From: Actinomycetota bacterium
GTDB lineage: Bacteria > Actinomycetota > Acidimicrobiia > IMCC26256 > JACDBD01
Direction of reading: 5' to 3'
Assembly (NCBI GenBank): GCA_046724655.1
Contig: JBKOWY010000099.1
Location: 1 to 56,439 of the forward strand
Length of the DNA stretch: 56,439 bases
Every line of letters starts with the position of its first letter. Position 1 is the first letter of the stretch. Shown here piece by piece: positions 55,126-56,439 of this stretch. The notes below the pieces were generated by a model. It was given only the letters and a program-made list of their open reading frames with translations. It was not told the origin of the DNA and made no database searches. The position numbers and the translations under genes are program-made.

Positions 55126-55725
55126 GTGGCCCAGCGAAACCCGTCGATGACCAAGGGGGAGCGCACCCGCCAGGCGCTGCTCGATGCGGCGATCGCCCGT
55201 TTCGGCCGTGACGGCTACCGGGGAACGTCGGTGGCCGAGGTCGCCCGCGACGCGCGGCTGAGCGGGACCGCGGCGTACGTCTACTTCCCGAACAAGGAGG
55301 CGCTGTTCCTCGCCGCCGTCGACGAGGACGCCGCCGCAGTCGTCGACGAGGGACTGGCGAGCCTCACCGACGCCGTCGACCTCGACCACTGGCGGGGGAC
55401 CCTCATCTTCACGCTCCTGTCCGCGGTCGACCGCCATCCGCTGGCGCGGCGGGTCCTCACCGGCCTGGAACCAGAGTTCACGGTGCGGCTGATCACGATC
55501 CCCGCGCTCGAGCAGCTGCGCAAGGAGTGCGGTGAACGGATCGCGTCCGAGCAGCTCGCCGGGCAGGTCCGGACCGACATCGACGCCCAGCAGATCGCGA
55601 ACGGACTGGTGACGATCGTGTTGTCGTTGCTCATGTCGTTGCTGCAGACGGGCGCCGATCCCGCAACGCTGCTCGGCGCCGACGTGGCCGCGGTCGTCGA
55701 GGCCGCACTCAGCCCGCCGCGATAG
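55126..55725 (+). CDS. TetR family transcriptional regulator
   Basis: TRQALLDAA...F...GY..TSV.EVAR.A.LS....Y.YFPNKEALF. Confidence 0.95.
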   Translation: MAQRNPSMTKGERTRQALLDAAIARFGRDGYRGTSVAEVARDARLSGTAAYVYFPNKEALFLAAVDEDAAAVVDEGLASLTDAVDLDHWRGTLIFTLLSAVDRHPLARRVLTGLEPEFTVRLITIPALEQLRKECGERIASEQLAGQVRTDIDAQQIANGLVTIVLSLLMSLLQTGADPATLLGADVAAVVEAALSPPR

Positions 55726-55733
55726 CCGTCGCC

Positions 55734-56276
55734 GTGAGCGCGACACCGAAGCGACGCTCGCTCGTCGGACCGGTGCTCGTGAGCCTGGGGTTCGTCCTGT
55801 TCGTCGGCCCCGGTCCGCTCACCGTGCTCGTGCCGTGGCTCCTCTCGGGCTGGAAGCTGCACGAGCCGTTGCTGGGATGGACTTGGCTGCGCGCGCTCGG
55901 CGTCGCCCTCATCGTCTTCGGCACCCCGGTGCTCGCCGAGTCGATCGCACGCTTCGTGTGGCGAGGCCGCGGGACGCTGACGCCTGCGGTGCCGACGCAG
56001 CATCTTGTGATCAGCGGCCTCTACCGATTCGCTCGGAACCCGATGTACCTCGGCGTCGTCGCGATCATCGTCGGCGAGGCGTTGCTATTCGGCACCGGCC
56101 ACGTGCTGATCTACGCGGCCGTCGTCGCGCTGGGCTTCCATCTCTTTGTCGTGCTGTATGAGGAGCCGACACTGCGCCGGACCTACGGGTCCGAATACGA
56201 CGAGTACTGCACCCGAGTGCGGCGCTGGATCCCACGGGTCGTACCTGTTCAACCATCGACCGGCAGTGAGGACTAA
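55734..56276 (+). CDS. Isoprenylcysteine carboxyl methyltransferase / PEMT family membrane protein
   Basis: GRGTL.P, LV.SGLYRF.RNPMY, EEP.L...YG..Y..Y...V.RW. Confidence 0.9.
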   Translation: MSATPKRRSLVGPVLVSLGFVLFVGPGPLTVLVPWLLSGWKLHEPLLGWTWLRALGVALIVFGTPVLAESIARFVWRGRGTLTPAVPTQHLVISGLYRFARNPMYLGVVAIIVGEALLFGTGHVLIYAAVVALGFHLFVVLYEEPTLRRTYGSEYDEYCTRVRRWIPRVVPVQPSTGSED

Positions 56277-56439
56277 TGCGCTCGCGCACCGGATCGCCCT
56301 TGGTCTCAGGGGATCAACGCAACAGCACCCTCGATCGGGTTCGATCGGATCGGGAGGTGCGGCATGGATCGGTTGTCGGAACGTGAGAAGGAACGGATCG
56401 CAGAGCTGTGGGCGGCGCAGGCTCCGGCGTGGGTGATCC

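Noticed and set aside
56277-56439. Short gatcgg repeats near the window end
   Set aside because: Irregular and too short for a CRISPR array or a defined repeat; context is cut off
1-56439. Secondary-metabolite cluster, prophage or defence island
   Set aside because: No carrier protein, PKS/NRPS core, integrase, transposase, phage or nuclease genes recognised; the content fits catabolism

Overview
High-GC, gene-dense chromosomal window whose gene content points to an actinobacterium (probably Acidimicrobiia-like: F420-dependent LLM/PPOX enzymes, four amidohydrolase_2 paralogues, many acyl-CoA ligases, dehydrogenases, crotonases and SDRs, TetR regulators, many apparently leaderless genes). It holds about 55 CDSs, mostly CoA-dependent catabolism of unidentified carboxylic, alicyclic or aromatic substrates. 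I saw no rRNA, tRNA, CRISPR, transposase or integrase. The most striking signal is that five otherwise intact genes appear to start at near-cognate codons (ATC x3, ATT, ACG), each placed where a Shine-Dalgarno site or a leaderless -10 box predicts the start. Other notable items: a shared TGAC-N5-GTCA operator (putative TetR regulon); an acyl-CoA synthetase::acyl-CoA dehydrogenase fusion with tandem His-substituted crotonases; an adenylate-forming-fold protein lacking its catalytic motifs, coupled to a Cys-rich DUF2889-like gene; a family III CoA-transferase apparently lacking the catalytic Asp; an ECF sigma-ogt pair; a small family of REP-like palindromes; and two patches of gene remnants. All family calls come from reading motifs by eye, not from database searches.
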